64,000 nt of DNA from Eledone cirrhosa (lineage: Eukaryota): the NCBI GenBank assembly GCA_964016885.1, contig OZ024741.1, positions 55,180,001 to 55,244,000 on the forward strand, given 5' to 3'. The translations under genes were made by a program, and so were the position numbers. The notes under the pieces were generated by a model. That model was not told where the DNA came from and made no database searches. It was given only the letters and a program-made list of their open reading frames with translations. This document shows, in pieces, positions 32,905 through 44,272 of the stretch (position 1 is the stretch's first letter; each line of letters starts with the position of its first letter).

Positions 32905-33680
32905 AAGAGACAGGGGATATGTAGTTGCTGTATAAGGTGTACTTATAAATAAGAGGAAAGCGTGAACGGGAGAAAATTTTCCTTCGTCAGTTGTCTGCTG
33001 GGGGTCATGGATATTTCTATGCATTAAAGACAATATATCTAACCCCAGTGCGTCAATAACTAAAGGAAGTTATTGGGGGGGAGGGAGAGAGAGAAAAAAT
33101 ATATATAACAGAAGGGAAAAGGGAAGGAAAAAGGAAAAAAACAGCGAAAAAAAGGGAAACGACAAACCGAAGCACATATATATATATTAACAAAAAGAGG
33201 GCAAGACACGAACGGAAACAAGACAAAATGAAAAACAATTTTTTTAAGGGGGAACCTTAAAAAAATTATCTTTAAAAAATAAAAATACCAGTGAAGGACA
33301 GAACTCCAGGATCATCGGCCATTGAGTTAGACTTTGGCAGCATCTGACACAAGCCAAACGCTGTCCAGTGGAGTAAGAGACGAGGGACAAAACATTCATT
33401 ACACAGAAATTTTAGTGACGTCGGGGAAAAAGTGTGGTACCTCTTACTAAACGAGAGTCATGAATGAAACAAAGGAAGAAAAAAAGCAAGAAGAAAGTAA
33501 GATATCGTATTAGAAAATGTGAGACATTGGAATAAATGGGAGTAGAAGAGATAACTCGTATGTCACATTAGTATCGATAAACTTAAGAAAATTAACAAAG
33601 ATAGGACAAGAGAACGAACAGAAACAAGGCAAAACGAAAACAATTTTTTACTTTACTGGTATCAACCCTTTTGGATAGTT
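32902..33680 (-). mobile_element. Non-coding retrozyme-like element, copy F4 (subfamily B), abutting (TA)n
   Basis: Homologous to 41950-42377. Pyrimidine-rich element strand carrying the permuted hammerhead motif. The far boundary is uncertain. Confidence 0.55.
32977..33080 (-). ncRNA. Permuted, pseudoknotted hammerhead-like motif (F4)
   Basis: Minus strand: cc-c-AATAACT/AGTTATT-g-ACGCA-CTGGGG-tta-GATA-TA-TTGTCT-ttaa-TGCAT-a-GAAA-TATC-catgac-CCCCAG-c-AGACAA-CTGACGA-a-GG. Confidence 0.7.
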
Positions 33681-33699
33681 TGCATATATATATCTATCT

Positions 33700-33845
33700 A
33701 AGGCGGGTAAAATTCCCGAGATCCATGGACGAGTTCTCTCCAGCGGTCTCTGTCCCTCATTATCGCTGCCATATCCTGCGTCTCCAACAGACCAGTGTCT
33801 GTCCTTAGGGCATCAACATACGTTAACCTTGGTCTTCCTCTTCTA
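33700..33845 (-). mobile_element. 3'-terminal fragment of an RTE-clade LINE
   Basis: Minus strand translates RRGRPRLTYVDALRTDTGLLETQDMAAIMRDRDRWRELVHGSR, the typical RTE C-terminal GRP...DR..WR signature. Confidence 0.75.
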
Positions 33846-33895
33846 GTGTATATATATATATATAGTGTATATAAATATATAGTTGTTATATAGTA

Positions 33896-36877
33896 AGGTG
33901 CAAACCCAACGAGAATCTAAACTATGTCAACGCAAAATCGAACCACCCTAGAATAGTCACTAACGGTATTACCAAAAGCGTCTCTAGTAGAATTTCAAGA
34001 CTATCTTCCAATGAAGATACCTTTAATAAGATCTCGAATTACTATAATAGCGCCCTGGAACGCGCATGGCATAGCGAGGGAATCTCATTCAAACGTCCAT
34101 TAAATAGTAGAAGTAACATTGCCTGCGATAGCTTAGGCCTAAATAGTGACACTCTAGTTAACAGCAGGCTGGATACGAGGGAGGATTTATATAGTCTTCA
34201 TGTTGTACTGCCGCCTAGTCCCAGTGCTGTTGGTACTAATAGAAACAACCACCCAGGTACTAACACTGGGTCTGAGCAACGTAACGCCAGCGGAAACTCT
34301 AATGGTAACCTTAATTGTGGAACCGATAAAACTACCGTTGAACGCAGTATGGAACGAGGGTCAAGTAAGTGGAATAGGGACAGGTGTAGCAGACGCATAG
34401 TGGATACAACCCCAGCTATCGAGGGTAATCCCAATGGCCGCACGGGGGGTACACCACCCTGGAGACTTGGGACGATTCCGAACACAATCGTGACACCTCA
34501 GGACACCATCGACCCACAGGTAATTTCCAGTTACAATAGACCAGTAACTACTAGGGAGACAGGTAATTCTAATATAGTTAGTAGGAACAAGAGGCATCGG
34601 ACCAGAAAAGTCCTGTGGTATAATCCCCCTTACTCCACTGGCCTGACCACTAGTATAGCTAAGCTTTTCTTTAGGGCCTTAGACAAATGCTTCCCTAAAT
34701 CGCACAGATATTATAAAATATTCAATAGAAATACCATCAAGCTGTCCTACTCCACAACTAGTAACATAGCTCAGAATATAGCTAAGATGAATTATAGTAG
34801 ACTTAGGACAGCCAATGAGGGAATTAGACATGGCAGGAACAATGGCAGCTCTATTGAGGAACTGACTCATACACGTGAGGCGAGTCGGGTCTCCCCAACC
34901 CCAGAGAATTTACCCATAGAGCAGACTGGAACTGAGACCCGACCCCAAAGGTACCGTGGTCCATCTGGACTACCCAGATTGATAGCAAAAATTGTAACTG
35001 CGGAAGCACCGCCACCTGCCCCATGGCTGGGAAATGCCTTACCAAAAACATAGTCTACGACTGTAAGGTCTCCACTCCTGATAGAACCTTTAAGTATGTT
35101 GGGGCAACTGCCACGGAATTTAAGGCTAGATGGTATAATCACCGCCATACCTTTAATAGATTAGATTTAAAAAATAGCACGGCACTTTCGGAATTAGTCT
35201 GGAAGCTTAAGCATCAGAATATAGAGCACTCCTTATCCTGGTCCATAGTTTGTTCAGCCCATCCTTATAACGGTAGCACTGGCGTCTGCAATTTATGTAT
35301 ATCTGAAACTTTTTATATTATTAGAGGCGGTCCCCTATTAATTAATAGGAGAGCAGATTTTTTTCAGCAACTGTCAACATAGAACCTCGAAAACCTTCCG
35401 CAGGATTTTTGGAAGGTAACCTACCAATAACTCCTCCCTCTCTACTTTAGCCATAGAGTTCTCTCAATAAACGGACAGTCACACACTTAGGTAGTTAGAC
35501 GGCTAAGATTGTTTGCGTACTTGCAAACGATACTCGGCCTGTTTCCACGGAGTTCTCACCTCACAGCTGAGTGCTCTCTTTTAGAATACCTGGCTAGTAA
35601 ATAGTTAGATTGATTACACACTTAGTTAGGACCGATTATGCTCTCTATACATAGCTCTACACACAGTACCCGTTTCCTTTAGACATTGAGCTCCCACAAT
35701 TACGACTGTCACGTTCCTACCGACTGAACACTACACCAGGTTTTGATGCGTGATAATCTAACCATGGAGGACTCACTGTTACGGATTGAACAATAATACT
35801 GACACACCATTAATGGGCCTACACACATCCTTTGGATTTTACTGTCCTGTGTTTTCTTACTTCACTTTCTGTGTTGGATAACACATCTCCACCACTCAAA
35901 CAATTATCTTAAAAGCTCATTGGCCCATATGACGGGAAATCGCACTTGCGGACGCATTTACCCAATACCCAACCCTACACGGAGCCCTTTGCCGGCCTAC
36001 ATTGCAGTTGCTTGCACGCACGGATTTGGTGACACTGATTCTCAATGGGACAGCGGTACACAAGGTGTTCGACATGAGCTGATTGCCTGCTCTTCACATG
36101 GATGTGTATATTCCCGGACATACCCTTTTTTGGACGATTCGGATGTGTATATACCATAACATACACTTTAAGATATGGATGTTACAATTCGATCTATACA
36201 CGTATAGCAGAACACTGGACTGAACTTACTTGCGCGCGCGTGGGGTGGGGCGTTGGTTAACCCAATATTTCCAATTTACATCGTCAAATTGAGATTTGAC
36301 CGAAATAGCTTCTGTTGCTTTGTGGACTAACTTTCGGTGAGTGCTGTGTTGGTACATTCTTATATTTGTTTTATTATATTTGTTTTTTTCTCGGACATCG
36401 CTTTGGTGTGTGTGAAAGTGTGTGTGAACCCACCCACGCTAATTCTACGGGTTTAATACTGTGTTGATGTGTGTAAATATATGTATATATTTTTCTTTGA
36501 CCTCGAGCCGATCTATGTCGGTGTGGAGTGTGTGTGTACCCACTCACTTTTAACTGTGACTGACTGTATCCCTACAGATTTGATTGATGTCCAGCGTCTT
36601 TTGCAGCGATAGAAATCTTTAAACTTTTATGACCTCAACTGAAGCTAATAGCAGTCGCCGTGTCTCTGACTGGTGTGTCTTCATATGAGGGAATGAATTC
36701 TGTGAGAGAACATCGTTATTTTTTCTCCCTCATATCAAGAATTTGAAGACAATTCATTTTCACCTGATGAGATCAGTGATAATCGAGCATGGCTTCACAA
36801 TCGATCTATCTCTTATTGAATCATGTGTTGTGATTAAATGATTGGAATTTTACCTTGCCTTCGGATTTTCATTTTGA
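33896..36877 (+). mobile_element. Penelope-like element PLE-2 (Nematis-like), 5'-truncated at the RT thumb, with GIY-YIG and a long 3' region ending at (TA)n
   Basis: YVNAKSNHP..SSRISRLSSNE, KVLWYNPPYS, KIFNRNTIKLSYS, NCNC..CPM.GKCL..NIVY, YVGAT..FKARWYNH, CNLCISE. Frameshifted. Degenerate hammerhead near the 3' end. Confidence 0.85.
36760..36833 (+). ncRNA. Degenerate type-I hammerhead in the PLE-2 pLTR
   Basis: TCAC-CTGATGA-gat...att-GAAT-CATGTG-TT-GTGA. Stem I is TCAC/GTGA. GAAA is mutated to GAAT. Confidence 0.5.
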
Positions 36878-37934
36878 TATATATATATATATGTGTGTGT
36901 GTGTGTATGTATATATATACAACAATAGATGATGTAAGATATCAGCTATCTACATGTTATGTATGGATGGATCAGTTACTCATGTTAGAATCGCAGAGCG
37001 CTGTAGTGACATATCAAATGTGCCTTGGGCATTTTAAACTAACACAGCCACTCCCCTCCCCATATCTGAACGCACCCGATTCCTTCCAGAGAATAAGAGA
37101 GTATGATGGACAAAAAATTAGAAAGAAATATAGAGGAAGTACGAACTGGAGTACTTTTATATCGACCTCGAAATGATGAAAGGAAAAGATGACCTTAACA
37201 AGTTTTGAAATTAGAACGCAGTGAGCCAGAACGAATGTCGCAATACAAAAGAAAAAAATGGGATGAGTAGAAAGAAAAAAAAACGAAAAAGAAAGAGAAA
37301 AAAATTGGGAGGGGGGTAAACTCTCCACTTTTCACAGGACAAAATGGTGAAAGCATTGCCTCTCTGGGCTCCGTCTTCAGGCGAGATACCCTCCTCCCGA
37401 TTTGTCGGCAAGAAACATCAGTTCAAGCAACCAGGACAACTTGTCCAAAAAGGGAGAGTTGTGCTCACGAAAATATATTGTGAAAATATATTAGGAATTT
37501 CATATTTCATAAATAAATAAATAATGAAATAAATTTACTACATATTTGAAAGTGAATATATGTGTGTATGTATGTTTGTTGTGTGTATGTATGCCACCGA
37601 AAGACTCCGAAACGATGTGTCCTGGAGAAAAACGAATTTGATTTTTGAAATCTACCTTCCAAGGAAAAGGTTTGAGGACATATGGAGTTTCTTAATACCG
37701 AAACTAATAAAAGAAAAACAAACGCAGGGACATAAGCTCATGTCATTTCTATCAACGAAAATATCCATTAATGTGTGAGTGAAAAAGGTGGCTGATTGCC
37801 AATAAGATTAGTGAATGGCCTTCACTGAGACATAGTTTTTTCATTGTCCGTCGCAACGTTCTTTTCTTCTGTCCGTATTTCGATTTCGTATTGTTAATGT
37901 GTACATGACCTTTCATCTGAGAGTGACTTAGAGG

Positions 37935-38020
37935 TTAAGGTATTCGGGTCACAATCATAAAGTTGTGAGTTCGATTCCCAGCGATGCATTGTGTCCTTGA
38001 GCAAGATACTTCGCTTAGCT
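37935..38020 (+). mobile_element. Fragment of a second tRNA-SINE with a CORE-like segment
   Basis: Box B GAGTTCGATTCC followed by TGTGTCCTTGAGCAAGATACTT. Confidence 0.6.
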
Positions 38021-38529
38021 CCAGTCTATTTTCCGTATAAACCAGCTTGGAGAAAATTGACGATTCGCAGGGACGAGCGACGGGAAATATGTAACGGTAG
38101 AGGAGGCACGGGAAAAACATTGTCTGACATGGAAAAAAGAGGAATTGAAAGAAAAGTATTTTATGGTGAAAATGTCCCAGCAGTGACGGGCTATTCTGCT
38201 AGTAAATAAATAACTATGAAGTAAAAATGTTTATTATTGATTTGCGAATAGTTATTGAACCGTTAATTCAGAAAGAATTTATTTGATTTTTAAGTTAATG
38301 GAAAAATAAACTGTTATTACACAATTAAATGAGGGACAATTTTCTTAAACCAATGACTTTAAACAATTAAATCATTAAATTATTGAATCAGAAATTTATA
38401 CGGTTATTAATGCAAACTAAATTAGTAAATACACAAATAAATATGTGGATAATTAAAATTACTATTATTATTTAATGAATAATTATGAAACCATTAAATT
38501 TGCAACAACTCTACAGATTTTAAAGTTGA

Positions 38530-38965
38530 TGAATAAATAAGCACAGAGAGAATAACACTTAAATGCTATGCTTTTCATCCTTCTAGCGTCGATAATATAA
38601 AGTACTAGCGAAGTATTGGGATCGATATAATCGACTTTCCTCTTCCCCACAAAGTGTTGGTCTCTTACCAAAATTAGAAACCATTCAGTATCGCTAGAGA
38701 GTCGGACGCCATGCTTTGCAGCATAGAGTTGCGGCCCTTTATGATCTAAGTTCAAATCCCGCCGAGGTTAACTTTACCTTTCATCCTCACGGGATCGATA
38801 AAATAAAGTACCAGTCACGCACTGGGTCGATTTAATCGCCTTTCCCCTCCCCCAAAATTACTGGCCTTGTGCCTATGTAAGAAACCATTATTATTGTTGT
38901 TGTAAGGTTAGTAGATTGGCAGTATCGGTAGAGTATCGAATAACATGCTTTGTAGCATATAGTTA
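38530..38965. mobile_element. Cluster of Deu/Nin-type SINE copies: degraded minus copy (~38530-38680), full plus copy (~38683-38895), partial head (~38915-38965)
   Basis: AAGTTCAAATCCCGCCGAGG..CCTTTCATCCTCACGGGATCGATAAAATAAAGTACCAG on plus; diverged reverse-complement match upstream. Confidence 0.75.
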
Positions 38966-39400
38966 CGCCCCTACCTGCTCTAGCATTAAAATCACCCAGC
39001 ACGATAACCTTGTCTGCCTTGGAGATATTTCTTATAACATCTTTCAAAGGATGGTAGAAAAACACTTTTTCTTCTTCAATAGAATTCATAGTCGGGGCGT
39101 ACATACTCACCAAAGTTAAATACCTTCCTTTATTCAACGGAATTCTCATGGATATAACTCTAATCCCAGCTGGAAATTCCTTCAACTTATCTACAAGAGC
39201 ATTCTTGACAGCTTATACTACCCCAGGCTCTCTTCTAGTGCCTTCGTGTCTCCCCTTCCAAAGGAAAAGCAACAATGTCAAAGTCATAACGATGAAGCTC
39301 CTTTGCAACAAAAGCAATTCTTCGTTCAGAACATTCTGAGGACTCACTGTCAGGTAATATCCTCTCGTTCTAACATCCTTTATTCATTGAGTTTTGGGTT
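38965..39400 (-). mobile_element. RTE-like LINE fragment, APE endonuclease domain
   Basis: RVISMRIPL..YLTLVSMYAPT..EEEKVFFY..L..VI..I.K.DKVIVLGDFNARAG. Confidence 0.85.
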
Positions 39401-39906
39401 TTATGTTTTATTGGTTTTATTACAGATGACGTTCAGGCTCAAGTTGTGATGCCCTAGGGCACTTGAGGGGCCAAACACTTTCATCTGGTCTGGTTCCAGG
39501 GCCCTTATTGTCATTTACTTCAATACAATTTTGAGACATCATTGAATTGGTTGTTTTTTAATGCTATAGCCAGCAATTCGCATTTCCTCTGAAGATAATA
39601 TAATGTTATGCAATGCCTATGCATGAAGATTTGTTTAAGTGAGGAAAGACTATGCATTGAGCCAATTCCACTCTCTGAGCAACAGTAGCTATAACCAGAA
39701 AAAATAAAACATCGGCAACATCGGTAACTACTAAGCCGTAGGTAGTACGTCGGAGTTACCTCGTTTCCTAGGTTGCCTTTTCCTAGAAAGATGGCCTGAT
39801 AAATGCAAATGGTCTTTCACATCTAATGATTTAACTGAGCGATCGGATATCCATCCCGAAAATGTCTACGTCTCCGCGCATGATATACAAACATCACACA
39901 CAAACG

Positions 39907-40051
<145 letters not shown>

Positions 40052-40153
40052 TGTGTTCGGAAAAGATTGTTTTGGTAAAAACAGGAGTAAGCAGGAGAAA
40101 GCTCTCAACAATTGTTGTTTCGTTGTTTTTAGTTACGATGGAGAATTTTATAA

Positions 40154-41780
40154 AAATAACAAAATAAGATGCTGAGGTTACATATATCATTTAATCATAA
40201 TAATTATTACCACGGTTCTCCATGCAATCGAGATGTCCTTCATGCATTTGCTGTTGATTATGAGTACGGTTTCCTCAGAGAGGGTGGACATGACTCGTGC
40301 GATTTGTGTGTCACCGAGATTACGGAAATAATCGAGAGGGGAGCTCAAGTTATCAGTAAAACGAGTAACCTCTTCAGCACCTGCCTCCACAGATCTTCTG
40401 GAACCTTCCTCAAACTGTACAGACTAACAACGTAATTGTACTAATTGAAGACTTTTGCAAACTTGCCTGTGGAAGCCGGGCATGGCCACGCGGCAACCCC
40501 AGCGTCAGGCGTACCTTTGATATCTTGTTTGCACACCTGGAGTCCCTATTTGTACATGTTTCTTGTCCTTTGTTCCCTATTCCTCTGTTTATATACCTAC
40601 TGTTGTTTTTTTATGTATTTTGTCCCGTTCTTTTATTATTGTGTTCTCTATATGTGTTCTCATTTCTTATCTGCTTGTTCCTGTCCCTACTTTCGCTTCC
40701 CGTAACTCTCTTCCATGGCCTAACAGCCCTTTTGATAGTATTGTTGCCACTATAGTTGGGACTGAATGCTATAATTATTGCTAGCCTTGTGCCTTGGAAT
40801 GATAGAGAGGACTGTATTAACTGTGAATGTATTTATATATATAAATACCCATCTATATTTCTATCCCATTTTCACTTCCTTGTTTCAACGGACTATTATT
40901 GTGGTTAGTTTATTTTTCATGGAAGCGTGGCTTTTTTCCTGTTGCCGCCGTCGCCGTGGTGGAGTCAGCACTGTTGTTGTTGGTGTTACCAATGGTTTAA
41001 TACTGACATAGATGATACCACCACTACTACGACGAACAGGGTGGGTGATGGGTGGTGTTGGTGTTTGTTGTCGTTGCCATTGTTGTGGTTACTATTTATG
41101 GTCATGGTGATTGATACCACCAACTCTGTGTACCCACCTACCTCTGAACTCCTTTTTACTGCTTTGGCGTTATCGCTGTTTACTGTCAACAGGGTGGTAC
41201 CGTTACTGCGACGAGGGCAACCTGTCTGTGTTTTTGCTGTTGTCATTTGTTGCTGTTGTTGTCGTTGTAAGTGTTTTACTCTGTCTGTTGCTTTAGTTGT
41301 TGTCAATAGGGTGGTGGGTGGCATCACCACGACTGTTGCGACCAGTGTAGACAACTTTGGTCGGCGGTTTGGTGTTACTGTCATTGTTGTTGTTGTAGTT
41401 GTTGTCTATAGGTGGTTGTCATCTAAATATATACCGCACCCCCCACCCCCTCAGAGCTCCTTTTATTGCTTCAACTGTCTACTGGGTTTTGGCTGCCCAC
41501 AGTTCTTCGTTCTTTTCATCTTTTTTCGTTGATAGCTTTTTATAACAAACGCGATGGCTGGCAAACCCTTCAAGGAACTCATATGTATGCTGGGCACACA
41601 GGCATTAGGATGTGTGTTTACTTGCCATTGACATATCAAATATATCGATTTTCATCTGAGGAAACCGTTCTCATAATCAACAGCAAATGCATGAAGGACA
41701 TCTCGATTGCATGGAGAACCGTGGAAATAATTATTATGATTAAACGATATATGTAACCTCAGCACCTTATTTTGTTATTT
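40154..41780. mobile_element. 1.6-kb non-coding insertion bounded by ~126-bp inverted repeats (40154-40279 / 41655-41780)
   Basis: Arms are near-exact reverse complements with a few mismatches. The interior is low-complexity (GTT/GGT-rich) with no recognisable domain. Confidence 0.75.
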
Positions 41781-41949
41781 ATATATAACAATAAAAAATG
41801 TTATTTATATATTACAATAAAAAATATACAAAATCTATATATATATACATATATATATATGCATATATAACGTATGTATATATATATATGAATAGTATAT
41901 ATATTCATACACACACACTCACACATATACACACACAGACACACACACA

Positions 41950-42377
41950 CACCTCTTTCTTCCTCTCCCTTTCTCCCTCTTTCACTCATCCTCTCTCTGC
42001 TAGCCACCTCATTGTTTCCCTCGCCTGATCCTCCAGCAGTCCTTTTCTCACTTACAATCGCTGGGATCAGACGTGTCTTTTCGCTCGACCACACGCTCTT
42101 GAACTTAAGTTCTGTTATCGCTGTGGTCTTGGATTTTCTTACCTTAAGTTGCTCGTACATTGCTCGGTTTATTGTTGTTTTCGATGTTTTCTCTTTTTTT
42201 TCCCTTTTCCCTTCTATTTTCCCAATAACTTACCCAGTTATTAAACGCTCTGGGGGTAGATATCTTGTCTTTAATGCGTTGAAATATCCAAGGCCCCCAG
42301 TAGACAACTGTTGAGGAAAACTCACCCACCCAACCACCCCGTTCTTGCTTTCTTCTTATTCTCATTCCATTTTAAGC
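41950..42377 (+). mobile_element. Non-coding retrozyme-like element, copy F3 (subfamily B), between (CA)n and (TA)n
   Basis: Shares the GAACTTAAGTTC domain and the ribozyme-like motif with 43718-44580 and 59038-59955. Confidence 0.7.
42217..42320 (+). ncRNA. Permuted, pseudoknotted hammerhead-like motif (F3; core reads CUGUUGA)
   Basis: TTTTCC-c-AATAACT/AGTTATT-a-AACGC-t-CTGGGGG-ta-GATA-TC-TTGTCT-ttaat-GCGTT-GAAA-TATC-caagg-CCCCCAG-t-AGACAA-CTGTTGA-GGAAAA. Confidence 0.72.
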
Positions 42378-42378
42378 T

Positions 42379-42410
<32 letters not shown>

Positions 42411-42422
42411 CATATATACATA

Positions 42423-42536
<114 letters not shown>

Positions 42537-42776
42537 CATATATATAAGGTCGAACTATGAAAAAGTAAACAAAATTTAGTTATTAATTCATCCATTATTT
42601 TACGATAGCTTCGACAGCCAAATTAAACCACGATTTTATCGATATATTGAAGATTCAATAGCAGTTATGCAACTCCATGTTATTAGCCTCGACAAAATAC
42701 AACCATTCTACCGTTCATCCTCAGAATACAAACGCATATACATTATGAATATACACATATGTACATATTGTATGTA

Positions 42777-42830
<54 letters not shown>

Positions 42831-42877
42831 GGCATGCTTGTGTGTGTGTGATTTGGCTTGAATACACACACACACAA

Positions 42878-42954
<77 letters not shown>

Positions 42955-43440
42955 TATATATATACACACACATTGTCTCCCCTTCCCGCTTCGTGTCGCT
43001 ATGATACTTCCTCAGTCAAAAACTGCTGGAATTTCAAATTTGGCGGTCATTCGATGAGAGAGAGAGCTATTGCACGGACATGATTTTTGACAACGGTAAG
43101 AAATTTGTTTTCTTATATCAATGTTTAATGGGCTTCCACTGACGATTTATAAGTGCCCACCTAAATATATTCTTACATGAATATATATTAGGCTTCTACA
43201 TAAACTGGAAACATTCTCCCAAACTTGTAGAAAACTTATAATGAAACAATTGTTTGGAAGGAGAGATATACTTTAACTTTAATTATATCTAATAAAATAA
43301 TACAACTGGTTTTTCCACATTATACATATTGTTAGCACCCCAAACACTTAAATTGGGTTTATATTTTAATATAACCTAATGTTTGTTGAGTGAGATGGTT
43401 ACCAGTCAGAGTTTAGCTTTAAACTATCTCTGTTATTGTA

Positions 43441-43502
<62 letters not shown>

Positions 43503-43506
<4 letters not shown>

Positions 43507-43663
43507 CAAAGAGGGTATGATAAGATACCAGGTGGACCATAACGCACCAGAGTACTGAATACTTAGGGTAGTAGAGTTGGTAATAGGAAAAGCTAGATCC
43601 AAACTGTTTGGACCTTGTTGTCGAAACGGCCGGAGCTCAGCCGTCGGGGTCCTGACACTTTTC

Positions 43664-43665
<2 letters not shown>
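43503..43665 (-). mobile_element. Short pLTR-like insertion with partial inversion; same family as 55803-55985
   Basis: Shared GGACCATAACGCACCA.AGTACT.AATAC.TAGGGTAGTAGAGT.GGTAATAGGAA and GCCGTCGGGGTC. Flanked by (TA)n and (GATA)n. Confidence 0.6.
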
Positions 43666-43718
<53 letters not shown>

Positions 43719-43753
43719 TGAAAAATGGCGTGGGTTACATATGAATAAAATTA

Positions 43754-43855
43754 GTCCTTCATCAGTGATCTTCCAGCCTTCATTGGTATTTCTTCGCTTT
43801 AAAGATCAGATACCTCTGGCTGGTGCGAGCAATAACTAAAGAAAGTTATTGGGAC
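43754..43855 (-). ncRNA. Permuted, pseudoknotted hammerhead-like motif (F1a); predicted cut between 43809 and 43808
   Basis: GTCC-CAATAACT/AGTTATTG-c-TCGC-a-CCAGCC-aga-GGTA-TC-TGATCTT-taaa-GCGA-a-GAAA-TACC-aatgaa-GGCTGG-AAGATCA-CTGATGA-a-GGAC. Confidence 0.8.
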
Positions 43856-44272
43856 GCGTAAAATAGGGTGAAGCGAGCGAGACATGTAAACAAACGGAGA
43901 TGGTAATGCAACGGAAAGATAGGAAGAGGAGAAACAAGTCCGTGATATCTGTGAACTTAAGTTCGGTGAAATCATAGACGAGAGGTAAAGACCATCCGAC
44001 CTGGGTGAGATGTGAGCGAGAAAAGTATTTCACACAGGTCAAACGAGAGGAAGTGAGAGAGGGTGAGAAGAAGAGAGTGAGTGAGTGAAAGTGTGAGGAA
44101 GAGGCCAGCCGAGAGAGAGCGACCGGCAGAGGGGGTAAAAAGAAGGTGAGAGATACAGAGAAAGGGGAAGCAGTAAGAAAGAAACAGACAGGTCGCAGCG
44201 GAGGAAAAAATATAAATATATGAAAAATGGCGTGCTGCGTGGTTGCACATGGGTTACATATGAATAAAATTA

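Noticed and set aside
40927-41532. 201-aa plus-strand and 132-aa minus-strand ORFs
   Set aside because: Low-complexity GTT/GGT sequence that lacks stops by composition; no domain motifs.
42975-43020. Minus-strand CTGAGGA..GAAG as a hammerhead
   Set aside because: GAAA absent, weak stem II, and no UH/stem I.
43754-43855. Reading the permuted motif as a box C/D snoRNA, SECIS, HDV-like, twister or pistol ribozyme
   Set aside because: UGAUGA lies at the 3' end with no downstream box D terminal stem. The helix order and conserved residues do not fit those families, whereas all three hammerhead core strands are present in register with stems I and III.
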